NCBI GenBank assembly: GCA_964187785.1
Contig: OZ076415.1
Coordinates: forward strand, 11,532,001-11,596,000
DNA: 64,000 bases
Reading direction: 5' to 3'
From: Amphiscolops sp. MND2022
Lineage: Eukaryota
Position numbers and translations under genes: made by a program
Notes under the pieces: model-generated
Databases searched by the model: none
Seen by the model: the letters and a program-made list of their open reading frames with translations, nothing else
Told to the model about the DNA's origin: nothing
Shown: positions 1-12,897 of the stretch, in pieces
Numbering within the stretch: the stretch's first letter is position 1
Layout: each line of letters starts with the position of its first letter

Positions 1-1140
1 GTAATTTCATGTTATGGAAAGAAATTTCACTTCAAATTCAATTAGTTTTTTTTAAAAAAACTGAATTTTTTTGAAAAAAATGAATTTCTCTCAAAAAATT
101 TTGATGGTGGGGGAAAACAGGGAAAAGCTAGCAAGACATTATAAACTCGCAAAAAGGTTCCAATTGCTCGAACTCTGTCTTACTAGTTCTAAATACACAT
201 CATTATAATTAATAAAATCTCCTATTTTTAATTTGGAACAAGCTCAACGTACTGAAGAAAGTTTTAATCCACTTGATAACTCTATGCGATTTCAGGGGCC
301 ATTTCTTAATTCTGAAAAAACCTAAGAGCCCAAAAATACCTTTAAATCTAGCAAGATAGGGTCGTTTCGGTTCTTTTCTGTTTTCCCACCACCAGGAAAT
401 TTTTGAAGAAGTTACTGTCTAAGGTCCACATACCAACTTTGTTCACATTATTTCTCGAACTTTCTATGAAGTCACGCATTCTTGATTAAGAAATCTAACT
501 GTCAGCATCATTCCAGTCAAAAGGTGTGACAAATGTTTGTTCAAACAAAACTTTTCTGTTAGAAGTTGAGATTTCATATTTGATCAGGCCAGTTTCAAAA
601 TTTTGATAGTTCGGAGAAAACAGAAAAAGCCAACGTCTCAAAAGGACGTCTTTCATAAAACTCAAAAAACTTGAAGTTCGGTAGATTCCTGGTTTTGAAA
701 AAAAAAAGTATAAAAAATCCGGCTCTTTTCTGTTTTCCCCCCCACCACCAAATTTTTTTTTGGAAAATTAGTGAAAATCATATAACAAAAAGACTTGAAT
801 ACAAACCAGAGAGCTTCAAATTTACATTCATTCTTAATGTGACAGTTTAGGATTCAGATACAAATTTTGTTCACACTTTTTCAATATGTAGTCACGCATT
901 TTTGATGAAGAAGTCATCAGCTTCCTGTTTTGAGTCATCAATAAACGTTTAGTACGAACACAATTATAGTCAAAAAGCGTGAACAATGTTTTGTTAAAGC
1001 AAAACACTATTCCAATAGACGTTAACTTCCCATTATGAAAGAAGAATTTACTTTTAATTAGGCTAGTCTAAAGTTTTTAAGGAAATTTACTTCCAAAAAT
1101 TTTGGTGGTGGGGGGGAAAACAGAAAAGAGCCAAAAATCC
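1..1140. repeat. Degenerate interspersed repeat modules with a GGTGG(G)nAAAACAGAAAAGAGCC motif in both orientations
   Basis: Motif at ~107-125 and ~1104-1132 (+), its reverse complement at ~370-395 and ~721-750; flanks 370-560 and 721-1040 resemble each other; a motif variant recurs at ~4347. Confidence 0.5.
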
Positions 1141-1705
1141 CAATGCCGAAAAAATGTGCTCAAAAACTCACGTTTTTCATGAGAATTAGTTTCAATTGTT
1201 GCTTCATTGCTTGGAAAGCAAATAAAGATGATGTCACGTTTAGTCGATAGTACCAACTAAATGTGATGGCATTCTACACTTTTTTGTTGAGACGTTCTTA
1301 CGTGCATAAAATATGATTTTTGTCATTTCTGCATTTTGCATTATTGAAAAGAAGCAAGCACGTGCTTCGGATGATGAATACTAGAAGCAACGCTGTTCTG
1401 AATTTGTTTCTTGCTACGCCAGTCATACTTTCTCAAAGCAGCAACATAACATCTCGCTGCATTTCGAATCGCTGCACGTGCGAAGCTTTTTTATTCATCC
1501 ATTTTACACAAAGGCGTCTCGCGTTCCTTTCAAAATCTGGATATAATACTAAAAACGCTGCCACAAAACTTCCTGGAAGGATAAATTCGCAGTGACTTTC
1601 TTTGAATTTTGCTCCACTTTCTGATTTTTTGGAAACTTATAGAGCGTAGTTTTGTGGTCTTTTATATAATTGCAAATTGCCAACTTATAAACTGGGTATT
1701 ATAAA

Positions 1706-3619
1706 ATGAGTCGCCCCGGGTCCAAAGGCGGTTACAATTTCACCGTACACATTTCCGAATTTCAGGATCAAGATCGCATCAACCCCCGACCGAATGAAAA
1801 AACAGAATCCGAATACCTTCTGGAAGAGTTTTTGTCTCCTTCCAGACTTCGTGAAATCACGGAGAATGAAAATTTGGATCAAGTTACGACACTTCAGATG
1901 GTGGTTGACACGACCGAAAACAGTTTGGGCAATTTTGGCAACTATTTGCCGAATTTGACGGAACTGGATTTGTCCAACTCAGTTTTGACGTCAGTCCGCG
2001 ATCTTGGTTCTTCTCTGGCTAAGCTGGAAATTATGTGGCTAACTAAATGCCAACTTGTTGATTTAGACGGACTATCGACATTCTATAACGTGACAGAGTT
2101 ATACTTGGCCTATAACCATATAAACAATTTGAATGACTTGAGTATGATGGATAATTTGCGAATCCTTGATTTGGAGGCGAACGATATTGACGATATCGAC
2201 CAAATTCTGTTCATCGAAATGTGTCGTAATTTGAAAAATCTCTGCTTACAGCACAATCCTATTTGCTCAGCTCCTAAACCGCTGCTTCCTTTCGACCCAG
2301 AGTATAACTACCGCCAAGTAGTGATCAAAATGCTACCACAGCTTCAAAGACTCGATGACATCGATGTTTCAGACAGGACCCAAGACTTCACAACCTTAGA
2401 CGAGGACTTGCAACTTCTGACAGATAACATCAAATACGGGGTCGCGGGTGACGGGGATCCGGAAAGACCCGGATCAGCCGCTGGAAAACGACCCGGAACA
2501 GGAGCTAGCCGGAGGCCGGGAAGTGCTATCCGTCCCAGAAGTGCAATGCCCAACATGATGCTGTTTGGGAGAAGCAACTTTGGGATGAGACCCGGAACTG
2601 CCTCGGTTTTTGAAAGACCTCCCACCGCGGCTGAAAAGGCATACTTCCAGCTTCCCACTGGCCGTCCAGGTACCGGATCCAGTGTTGCCAGCAGCGACTC
2701 AGCAATCGAAGTGGATGATTTTAGTAAACTGACTTCCGGAAACATTGTTTGTGGAAACCCACTGAGAGCATTGAGAAGGAAAAAAGGGGGCAAAGGAAGC
2801 ACGTCTGCAAACACCAAGTTGTTTTTCAATACCTCCGGTTTCAAAACTGCCCAATCAAAGACCTACAATAGCAGTATGTCTGAAGTGACGTTTGAGAACC
2901 TTTTGGATGAGTTGAAAGAATGGAAAATGGAATTTGAGAACAAAAAAGCGAACAAGGTTTCAATCAGTGAGGAGGTCAATGTTTTAACGCTTTCAGCCGA
3001 CGAGGCAATAGATGTAATGTCAACCAGCAATGAAAACAGTTTCAATATTAATGATGGTGCTTTTGAAAACATAACCCAAACATCTCTCATTAACAACAAC
3101 ACTTCACCCGAACATTTACCTAAAAAGTCAAGCATTAACATCAGAAGACGACAATACGTGCCACTGTCCTCTGACCTAAACACAGACCGTGACCTTTTGA
3201 CCCCTTCTGACTTCAATCACGATGAGTCATACGAGGACGGCGACAGCGGTTTGGCGTCTTCCAGAGATACCGACACCCCCAACACCTTATTCGACTACCA
3301 ACCCCGGGGACCCTTGAGAGTTCCAGCATCTCTGGTCGGATCCAAGATGGCCCCACACCAAATGTCAATCAAACCGCCTCTAGTGCCTTCTCCCCTGAAA
3401 CCAAGTTTGGAGAACCTGAGAACCGACCAAGCTGTGAGACCCAAAATAAAAAACGCTGCCAGACCTGCCAAATCAAGCATGGACCAGATGAAGAAAGTTT
3501 TGCCCCCCACAAAACCAATTCACCCCCCTCCTCACAAAAGTGTTAACATCGGGGCCCGGCCGAGAAGTTCTATGCCCAGTCTTTCTTACGAGAAGTTTTC
3601 ATCGTCTTCCGGATCTTGA
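1706..3619 (+). CDS. LRRC56: Leucine-rich repeat-containing protein 56 (ciliary dynein/IFT-associated LRR protein), single exon, 637 aa
   Basis: The N-terminal block EEFLSPSRL...LQMVVDTTENSLGNFGNYLPNL...SVRDLGSSL...WLTKCQLVDLDG...LDLEANDIDD...YNYRQVVIKMLPQLQRLDD matches the LRRC56 LRR plus LRRcap block I recall from vertebrates (EEYLSPARL...EMCVDTREGSLGNFGVHLPNL...LRDLGTSL...YNYRAEVRKLIPQLQVLDE). It is followed by a disordered RPGS/RPGT-rich tail. Confidence 0.93.
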   Translation: MSRPGSKGGYNFTVHISEFQDQDRINPRPNEKTESEYLLEEFLSPSRLREITENENLDQVTTLQMVVDTTENSLGNFGNYLPNLTELDLSNSVLTSVRDLGSSLAKLEIMWLTKCQLVDLDGLSTFYNVTELYLAYNHINNLNDLSMMDNLRILDLEANDIDDIDQILFIEMCRNLKNLCLQHNPICSAPKPLLPFDPEYNYRQVVIKMLPQLQRLDDIDVSDRTQDFTTLDEDLQLLTDNIKYGVAGDGDPERPGSAAGKRPGTGASRRPGSAIRPRSAMPNMMLFGRSNFGMRPGTASVFERPPTAAEKAYFQLPTGRPGTGSSVASSDSAIEVDDFSKLTSGNIVCGNPLRALRRKKGGKGSTSANTKLFFNTSGFKTAQSKTYNSSMSEVTFENLLDELKEWKMEFENKKANKVSISEEVNVLTLSADEAIDVMSTSNENSFNINDGAFENITQTSLINNNTSPEHLPKKSSINIRRRQYVPLSSDLNTDRDLLTPSDFNHDESYEDGDSGLASSRDTDTPNTLFDYQPRGPLRVPASLVGSKMAPHQMSIKPPLVPSPLKPSLENLRTDQAVRPKIKNAARPAKSSMDQMKKVLPPTKPIHPPPHKSVNIGARPRSSMPSLSYEKFSSSSGS

Positions 3620-6569
3620 GAAACAACTTTCCTTAGTACTCTTGAGCTTGAGCTTCTAATTCAAAACATCTAACTTTCAGATCAGTATAACAAAATCAGC
3701 AATCCGTCAGATTCATATTTCGTTGTATTTTGAAATTAATTCAATTGTGATACAAGTACGCGCTTCCTATATTGTCTCATCATTCTGCAGATATTACTAT
3801 TTACATCCCAAAAAATGACAAAAAGAGGAATACGGATGAAATAGAATTATTAATTTTTAGCTGTCGTTTACATTATATATAATGAGTGCCAGAAAAAGCC
3901 AAAAAGGGGAAACTTCAGTCATTGGGAGACGGTACGGCATTTAACAACAAGCCGGGAACGCCCAAGTCGGCTCCCCGCTCGAAGTTAAAACAGAGTAAAT
4001 GATTATATATATGCTAAGGGGCATTTTGTAAAAATTTATATCAGATTCACAGTGCCATAAGAGTAGAAAACTTTTTTCGTTATCTCGAAACATCAAAAGC
4101 TCAATTTCTGAAAAACCTCACACTGTCGAAAAACCGAGGTCCTTCAAAACGAAAGTTTCTCAAAAATAGATAGGAACCTTCGACAAAAAGAAATTTTAGG
4201 GAAAAAGGAGCACAACGCACTGTGCCGAAGAAACCGTAGATCTTTTCCACAATTATTGAGAAAACTCCGATCAGTCCCGCATGACCAAAAATATCCGAAG
4301 TTATGAAAGTGGACGCATGAGGGACCCTGAGGAAAAAGAACGTACAGGGGGAACAGAAAAGAGCCAAAAGAACTTGCCACTGTAAGAGTCTTGCACTTTT
4401 TACTGATAAGTAAAAAGTCTTGCACTGTAAGAGTCTTTTTTACTTTTTACTGATAAAAAGCGCCGAGTAAAAACGTATCCAGAAAGACCTTCAGTATCAG
4501 AAATTGACAACTCATAGTTTTTCTATGGTGCAATTATGAAAATATGAAAATTCAAGATTACCGGAGAAAGTTTGAAACATGAAACGCTTGGACAATGATT
4601 CTGAAATTCTCTTGATTCTGAAAAAATCAAGATTGACATCCGGAAGTTGAACATTATCTCTGTTCAAAGCAGTGAGCTGATGATTGAGCCGCCACAAGGG
4701 TTACAAAACTTTAGGCATCGTAAGCCTTGCTTCTAAAACTTCCACATATTACACTAGGGTACAAAAAAGCTAGCGATAATTTTCAAAACGCAATATCATA
4801 GGTTCATCCTACAAAAAATATCTGGAGCAAAAATCTCGGACACTGATCAGAATTTCGGATCAGTGGTTTCTGTTTCAAAGTCTAATCAAACTTTCAAAAA
4901 GTACATTGCATGGTATTCTGAGGAGTTTTAAAAGCAATATCTCGAATACTGGTCAAACAGAAAACTTAAAATTTTTAAAATTGACACTTTTTTGGGAAAG
5001 TTTTCTTTAATAAACGATCTTACACAAACAGGTGTAATTCCACCGAAATATTTTCACTGAAAGAAAGTTTAAAAAATCGTATTCTGTTGTGTAATGTCTG
5101 AAGGAGAGAGTGTTAAATTCAAAAGTTATAGATGTGAATCAAAGGTACAAAGTTTGTTCCTGGCATTTGTTACCAACAGCAACTTTCGAAAAAATGCCAA
5201 ATGTCTAAAATCAGCTAAGTGTTATAGCTTGTAATTTTGCAAGAATTCAAACAAAAAATACCCCCGTAACTCTGATCGAAAGTTGAGAAAATTTTGCTTC
5301 TGGAATTTTCGCATCAATTGAATGAGTAAAAATTCTTGCAGTTTGAAGTTTTTCTGCGAACCTGAGTGTCTCCAGCCATTTGGTACCAGAAGTGTAGCAG
5401 CAAATAAATTTCTAAAAAATTGAATCCGAAGAAAATTGACAGCTCAAGATTCGAACAGTAATATAATTCAAAAAATGCAAAAGAACAATGAAAACATTCA
5501 TAAATTTTAAAGTGTCAAAGATATTACGCATAACATTCGAGAACGGCTTTTTCCCTATCACGATAAGTCAATTTTTATCGGAAACAAGTCATATAGTGCC
5601 GAAAAACCCAAAAAGGAGACACGTTAGTGTCACATTCTGCCGCCTGTAACTGTACCAAGACTACGACTTCGGCAGTCGACCGAGAAGCAGCCCTGGGTAC
5701 CTTACCAACTTATTGAAATTGAAACTTTAACTGGCATTTAGACAAAACTAGATTTTCCTTTTGTTTAAATATTATTTGGTACAATTGCTTGATCTTTTTT
5801 TTGTAAATTTTTTGTATACTTTTAGTCTGTTAACAATGCTGATTGAAATGTTAAAATTGAGAATGAAGGTGCTACTATGCAATGAATAAAAAGTAAGCCT
5901 AAAAACGATACGGAAACGAGTTCAAATGCGCTAAAGCGCTTTTACTGTGACGTCGTTGAATAAAAGGCTGTTGGCCAATCAGAACCAAATATTTCTTATG
6001 TTGCTACTGTGCTATATTATAAATTGCCGGATTAGGCAGTTTTACCAAATCAACCTTGTGCAACAGTACAGTTAGGCAGTCGGCTGCTTCAGGCCAAACA
6101 TGTAATTAGAAGTGCAAGTAGCATTAATATGCCAATAATGTCCCCCCTTACCGGCAAAGTACCTGAGTAAATGAGCAAAGCTCTATTTATATCCATAAAG
6201 TGATTATTGATGATATTTAGGATGTTTGCTGCCTGTTTAGATAGACGTTTGAAGCACCAGTCTTTGAGCGGGATCAGCCTAAAGACGCATAAACAATTAT
6301 CAGAGGGATGGTCCTGTTAGGCCTCTTCAATATTAGTTTGTTTACATGAAAGTTGTAACTTGATTCCCTCGCATGACCACTAAGGCACGCGTGCAGGCAC
6401 GTGCTTGGGTGAAGTGTTTTTAGTCAGCGCTTTTCCATTAAGGGAAAAATGCCCGACTATAGCAGTGACGGTTTTTTTTCTTCAGACTACAATCCTCACA
6501 CTGATCGGTCCACTTTTTAGAAACAATCCTTAAACCACCTGAGCACCTGAAGCCAATCCGGCCAAGGGA

Positions 6570-6916
6570 GACTTAGTCCAAAGGGTCCCCCTTTCATTTT
6601 TTCACTTTTTCAAAGAAACCTACAAAACCGGACGTGCCTAAAGGGTCCCCCCTTTGGATTTTATTCGGCACTGTGCGACTTTTTTTCGAAGAAATTTTTA
6701 ATGTTCCAAAAGGGTCCCCTCTTCGAGTTTTTTCTTATTTAGCAACTGAATGTATGATAATAAATCCCAAAGGGTCCCCCCTTCTACATTTTTCGACACT
6801 ATGCGACTTTTTTTGAAAGAAAAAACTTTTTCAGAATGTACAAATTTTTTCCAAAAAAATGTTTTGCGCTTTTTGAGCCTTAGATATGGCGCCGACTTTA
6901 GACGTTCTCGTCTTGT
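6570..6916 (-). repeat. Copy of an abundant interspersed repeat family (internal AAAGGGTCCCC subrepeats)
   Basis: Several AAAGGGTCCCC units; ends in GATATGGCGCCGACTTTAGACGTTCTCGTCTTGTT, whose reverse complement resembles the heads at 8087 and 8756. Confidence 0.7.
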
Positions 6917-7035
6917 TATATTTGCAGTATTTGAAATTCCTCCACCGCTTCTATGTGATTTGTTAGTCTTTCAGAAATGTCAAAACTGAAGGAATGTTAG
7001 TTTTCAATTTTGTGGACATATTCAAAAATTGTGAA

Positions 7036-7731
7036 TGTCACGTTGATGGTAGTATATATAGTCCCAACTCCGTGGAGCAGAGACAATATTCCGAACTTAT
7101 CCAGTGTTCATATCTTTAATAAATCAAACTTTCCGGTTGAGTTCAAATAGTAGAAATCGGCTAATTTTAATGCTTGTTACAAAAAACAGAAGAACAAAAT
7201 TAAGCGATCAAGAGAAGCAGAGATGATATCAGATTTAGATATTAAGAACGTAATGATAAGGAGTAGTCACTATGAAAGAGAAGATAGTAAATTTGGCAAC
7301 TCAGTTAGAAGGCCTGAAAGTCCTAGCGATGACGCTTTGGTAGATCACAACGCTAACACACACTCTAATTTGAGAAACTAGGAGACTTGCCGGAAGCGGT
7401 CGAAGTTCATGCGAAAATGGTTCTAGCAGCGAATTAAACAAGTTATCAGGGGAAATGAACCAGAGAATAATACAGGACATGAATTCATTGATGAACAGTG
7501 TTAGCTTGCAAATACAGAGGATCATAAATGAGGCTATAAATGAGCCAGTTTTGCCTGAGCTCCAAGCCTACCTTAGGTCCGTAAACAGGCAACCACCCCA
7601 TCGAGGATGGAACCTTCTGGGTGAAAGACCGGAACGAAACTTTGAAGATACTTTCAGCAGAAAGGTCAGAAGCAGTTCTAGAGATGAGCTCCTCTGGAAC
7701 TTGAATCATGAGGATGAAGATGAGGAGGTTC
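7036..7731 (+). mobile_element. LTR-like relic carrying a gag-like coiled-coil ORF fragment, 3' end lost
   Basis: Starts TGTCACG with TATATATAG ~20 bp in; ORF 7455-7731 (IQRIINEAINEPVLPELQ...HEDEDEE) resembles in architecture the ORF within 56919-57820. Confidence 0.5.
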
Positions 7732-8086
7732 GCAAAAAGCTCTTTCAAAGCCAAAACCGTTTCAATAGCGTGTACTTTTTTACCTCAAAATGACACCAAA
7801 AACGTCCAACTTTTCATTTTTCTAATCGGGATCTTTGTATTGTTTTTCACTAATATTTCCGTGGCTTAGAATATTCGAAACGTTCCAGGACGAACAAAAC
7901 CAGCTATTCAGGACTCGTTCTCGAAAGACATCTGAATCGTTTTGTAAAAAAGTGCATCAAAACGATCTCAAAGAAGTCTGCGGATTCAAAGAGTTTTGTG
8001 TTGAAATATTGAAAAACCCAGTTATTATGTACGCTTTGTTGTAGAGACATCAAAAAATGTTTAGGAGGTGTCTCAATGTAACCACG

Positions 8087-9095
8087 AACAAGCCGGGACC
8101 GGGCCAAGTCGGCGCTATATCGAAGGCTCAAAAATAGCAAAAGGACTTCCAAGAGTCAATTTACAGTACTCGAAAATCGGAGAAGCAAAAAATGGACCAA
8201 GTGGCGCGCCGGGGCCCACTAGCGCGAGCATCTGGCGTGCTAAAAGGGGGACACTTCCGAAATGGTCAACATTTTTGTCGCAGTTGAAGGGGGGACCCTT
8301 TGCAGAAAAAACAAATTTTTGAAAAAAAGTCTCACAATGACAAAAAACTGAAAGGGGTCCTGGACCCTTTGGGATTTTTAAACACCCAATCTGTTGTAAA
8401 ATATCAAAGAAATTAAAGGGGGACCCTTTGGAGAGAAAATTTTTTTTAGAAAAAATGTCTCACAATGCCGAAAAACTGAAAGGAGGGACCCTTTGGGATT
8501 TTCCAACATCCATTCCGACGCAAAACATCAAAAAAACTGAAGGGGGACCCTTTGGGGAAACAATTTCGGAAAAAAAGTCTCGCAGTGCCAAAAAAAAAGA
8601 AATGGGGGACCCTTTGTTCTCGCCCGGTATGGTATGTTACGCGGAAAAACAGGAAATTTTTTTTGTTCAGTTCGCTAGGCCAAATGGTGCAATTTGGTGC
8701 AATAATATTTTGTAGAACTTTTAAGAACTATTTTGGTCAGTTCGTGTGGAGAGAAAACAAGCCGGGACCGGCCCAAGTCGGCGCCATATCCAAGGCTCAA
8801 AAATAGCAAAAAGACTTCCAAGTGTCAAGTATTCTTTTTCACAGTACTCGAAAATCGAAAAATTTTCGAAAATTTTTTTTCGAAAAAATTACATACTCAA
8901 AACATGGACCGAGTGGCGCGCCGGGGCCCGCTAGCGCGAGCCCCTGGCGCGCTAAAGCCTTACAATGCCGAAAAACTGAATCCGGGACCCTTTGGGATTT
9001 TTCAACATCCATTCTGTCGCAAAACATCAAAAAATTGGAAGGGGGAAATTTTTATTTTCGGAAAAAAATCTCACAGTGCCGAAAAAAACTGTAAG
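8087..9095 (+). repeat. Two adjacent copies of the abundant GGGGGACCCTTT-subrepeat interspersed family
   Basis: Heads AACAAGCCGGGACCGG(G/C)CCAAGTCGGCG at ~8087 and ~8756, followed by GGGGGACCCTTTGG and CACAATGCCGAAAAACTGAA units. Confidence 0.7.
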
Positions 9096-10184
9096 GGATG
9101 TTTCACTGGGTGTGAGTGATCAGAAAGATATTGCGACAAAGCACTCTCTTGTTTGATAAAAGTCGCATACGTTATTTATAAAAGTTGTTGGCAACTTTAA
9201 CAAGCATTCAATTTTCTAACAAGACGCCCGCTAAACACCGGGATATTTTCCATCACGATGTTCTGCCTGAAACTTGAGGCTCCAGCCCGGAACCACAAGA
9301 ACACAAGATTGGTTTCGAGAACACAAGTTTTGGTTCGAACACAAGATCTACTGACTGGCAGGCGGACGCCTCACCAACTGGGCCACCGTGACCTTTACTT
9401 AAGTAACCTAACAAGTCACTGGAGTAAGTGAATGAATTATATCACTTACTTTTTGGCATAATTTGGAAAACAAGAAACGCAACACAGATGGTGAATTTCT
9501 TGAGTCCAGATAAGTTTCAGTGGGCGACTGATTCTCCTGATCACTGATTTGAACTCATTACAGAAAACGAGTCTGATATTACCAAGGAGAGACAGCCAAT
9601 TTTTTTGTGATATGCTCAAGTGTCGTTACTCATTAGGGTAAAAATTATTTCAGAAAAGAAAAGGCGTGACCTTAAATTCACAGAAAAGGCATCACACGAT
9701 GAAGCTTTTCCCAAACTTCTCCCACAAAGGTTGATCAAATATGAAATGGACACAAAAGGTTCTTTGTGATTCAAAACGTCTTTGAGTGCTGGCTGATTTT
9801 TTGATAATAATGAATGAATTTGATTTCAGATCTGCAGAGTATTTTGGTTGAGTTTTATCCGTTATTTTCGTTTTCCAACAATTGATCAAAAATGTCCAGT
9901 TTTTCCCTAAAGGCGCCATTGTACCGTAGTGCCACAGTGCCTCATGTAATATGTGAATCCAGTTTCAAAAGTTGAACTTTAAAAATTTAAATTATAATCC
10001 GATACTTGCAATAGAGGTTCTGTTTTTCCTTGCCACGTCGACGTAAAAAATATTATGCGTCTATTATTCTTCACTGACAGTATTATTATCATTAAAAACA
10101 GTCTGAATCACAAGTATCATTGAGCAGTTGAAGTTAATACAAAGAATGCCTTGGCCCATCAAATTTCCTGCCCACGTTCATGTT

Positions 10185-10513
10185 TCAGAACAGTGTGACA
10201 TCGAATTCGACGCCTTTTGACTCAAAAAGTTCTGCTGTGAGGAAACAATTGAAGAACACGCCTTCGGTGCCTGGATATCTGAACGTTGTCTGATGACGTT
10301 TCACAAAACAAGTGACGCATTTGCATCCAGGGTAGGGTCGGGATCCATCCTTGGCATACTTGGGCACAGCAACCGCGTTCACAGAGGGATCCTTGTCTTG
10401 TTCCTGTATCTCCCGGGCAAGTTGTGCGCATTCAAACAAACTGGAGACCATCGTAAACAATTTGAAGTACGATCCATCACCGAATCCCATTCCGCATTTG
10501 TCCAGGTTGACAT
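10185..10513 (-). CDS. Terminal exon C encoding a 6-Cys PAN/apple-like domain
   Basis: Acceptor aatttag|AT at 10513 (phase 1); DVNLDKCGMGFGDG...ECAQLA...NAVAV...GCKCVTCF...QTTFRYPGTEGVFFNCFL...stop; paralogous to the exons at 12471 and 23661. The PAN/apple-like call is from Cys spacing (inference). Confidence 0.75.
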
Positions 10514-11018
10514 CTAAATTAAGGTTGCAACATATGGAGATAAGATCACGTGGTAGCCGTTCATACAACCGAACGAACTTCAAGAAGAACGAATATCAAG
10601 CCCATCTGAACTTTGATTGGACGACGAAGTAAGTATCTAGCTCAATCAGTTTTACAGTTTTGTCAGATTACGTAATCAAACACCCGAAGTGAGCTGAACT
10701 GAAATTGAAAATTGAATGCATGCAAACGTAAGTAATGGTCCCTGGTATTTCAAGTTTTCGACATAAAATTCGTTCGTCTTTAAACTCGAACGGTTCGACT
10801 ATACAACCCATCACCAGATCACGTGTTGTACCATAATTACGTGGTATTTAATTATGCAATCAACTTGAAAACTATCACGAAGAGTTGAAATTTTGTCAAG
10901 CATGTTCAGGCGCATTTAGCATTTACTAGGCAACGATTCAGTAAATAACATTCAGCTCTTTTCTGTTCATGTTCAACAACCCCCGGAATATCAAACCTTG
11001 TGTAAAAAAACTTTAAAA

Positions 11019-11482
11019 AGGACCATGTCATCTATTCCCCCCCAGGTACACCTAGTTGGGAATATCCCCCCCAACACGAAAGCACATTTTGTTCTTGAAT
11101 AAAAATATTTCGCTAATAAGAGAATATTATATGAATGTCAATACTTATAGGATTGTCTCTACAACTGTTTGGACACTTCAGGCAAAAAAATTACCATAAT
11201 TTTTTGATGTTATTGTCCGAAATAGCAGAAATTCACGTTTGGAACTAGCTAAAATCGTATAAAAAGGCCCCTATTTAGCGCAAGTTTTGTCTGCTGTAAA
11301 ATCTTATGAGCAACTTTTAACTGACAGTCAATGTAATGGATAGGATTATGTCAACATCAATTATTTTATTGGACCAAAATTCCAACGCAAGCGATGTCGA
11401 CTTAATGGGATTTGAACCTTCTGTCTTATTCCCCCCCCCCGCCGCAGTTGGGGGGGGGGGGGTGAACAGATGACATGGTCCT
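11019..11482. mobile_element. Non-autonomous TIR element (Kolobok-like MITE, TTAA context)
   Basis: Left AGGACCATGTCATCTATTCCCCC and right GGGGGTGAACAGATGACATGGTCCT form an imperfect inverted pair; TTAA lies at or next to both ends; no ORF. Confidence 0.65.
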
Positions 11483-11989
11483 TTAAAAATTTTCCAAATT
11501 AGCCCTAACATTTGTGGCATCTTTTTCTACTACCAGAAATCAACTTCAAGGGTTTTTCGTTTGAACAAAACGTTTTCCAAACATTTTGACAGTGATTATG
11601 TTCGAATTGACTGTTCTACGTGACTCAAAAGCTAACGATGTCGATTTCATAATAAAGAATGCTTGCCTTCGTAAAAAATGGTGTTAACACAAATTATATC
11701 TGGACCCTAAATTGTTGATAATTGGACCCCAAAAGATAATTGACAGTTTCTGAAAAACAATGAATCAAAAAATAAAACCTTCGAAAACTGCGATTCGCTG
11801 TTTGGAATCACTGATTGAAAAGTTTTAGCTCATGAGTAAAAATTTGATTGAATGCTGCTAAACTGTGAAGTAACATCAGAACTGAGTTTTCAATTATTGT
11901 ATATATCGCTTTCTTTTTCAAACTCTACAACGCTTTTTTGACTCATGCTTTACTGGTTTTATGTATGACAGCAATTTGAAGTGATTAGT

Positions 11990-12471
11990 TTAACAAAAAG
12001 GATCCTTAAACGAAATACCTCGATCGCTCAGGTCCCGCATTGCTTGTCTTTCATCGTAAAAGATGTTTTTCGGAAGTAGAGAATCCGGAAGTTCTGATAT
12101 GGGTCTACCGTTTTGTTCATCTCCAGGAGCCAAAGTTGCAACTTCTTCGCTTCCTTCAGTTGGATTCAATTTCAACGTGACGTCATCAAGTGGGGTTAAA
12201 AAGCAGTTGAAGAACGTTGTTTCAGTGCCTGGATAACTGAACGTTGTCTGGTTTCGTTTCAGAAAGCATGTGAGACACTTACATCCAGGGTAAGGCTGCA
12301 GTTCATCGCTTCCAAACTTACTGACAGCAACCGCGTTCAACGAGGAATCTTTGTCTTGTTCTTGCATCTGTTTTGCAAGGTGTGCACATTCGTATACGTT
12401 GGAGACTTTCGCAAAGGGTTCTAGGTATGTTCCGTCGCCAAATCCCGACCCACAGTTTTCCACAGTGGCTT
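11990..12471 (-). CDS. Terminal exon B encoding a 6-Cys PAN/apple-like domain plus an acidic tail
   Basis: Acceptor caatttag|AA at 12471 (phase 1); ATVENCGSGFGDG...ECAHLAK...NAVAV...GCKCLTCF...QTTFSYPGTETTFFNCFL, then a ~70-aa tail to TAA. Confidence 0.75.
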
Positions 12472-12705
12472 CTAAATTGACAAAAAAAATTAGAAATGAA
12501 ATGAGAAATTTGAAAGCTAATTTTAAACATACGTTTCATTTCAGGCATCAAAGTTCCAAAGGATATTCCTCAGAATTTCGATGACTTGAAATAAAAATGT
12601 TTTAAAAAATTTCTAAATCAGCTTTCAAATTTCTCATTGCTTCAATATTGAATAGATCAAGACTAAGTGATGACCCCATTAGAGACGTTTTTGTTACTAT
12701 GCATT

Positions 12706-12897
12706 TGTTGTAACTCTCTTCTATAACTATAAATAGCATTGACAATTCAAACTTTATCCTTTCTTGTTTCGTATCTTTATGATAGTTCATCATCTGCATA
12801 CAATAGGCAGGTACTTGATAAAAAGAACATCAAACAGTATAATAATAATCATATAAATGTAGACTAATTAACATGTAAAGAGTCTGAGTCCTCTACA
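12706..12897 (-). repeat. 3' LTR of the Gypsy element
   Basis: Near-identical to 19346-19537; preceded on the minus strand by the PPT AGTGAAGGGGGGAA (12911-12898). Confidence 0.97.

Noticed and set aside
1320-1595. 91-aa ORF upstream of LRRC56
   Set aside because: No recognisable motif, non-ATG start, and it lies in the probable promoter/5' region.
8068-9119. Multiple overlapping short ORFs
   Set aside because: They lie in an abundant non-coding repeat family; frames are not preserved between the two copies.
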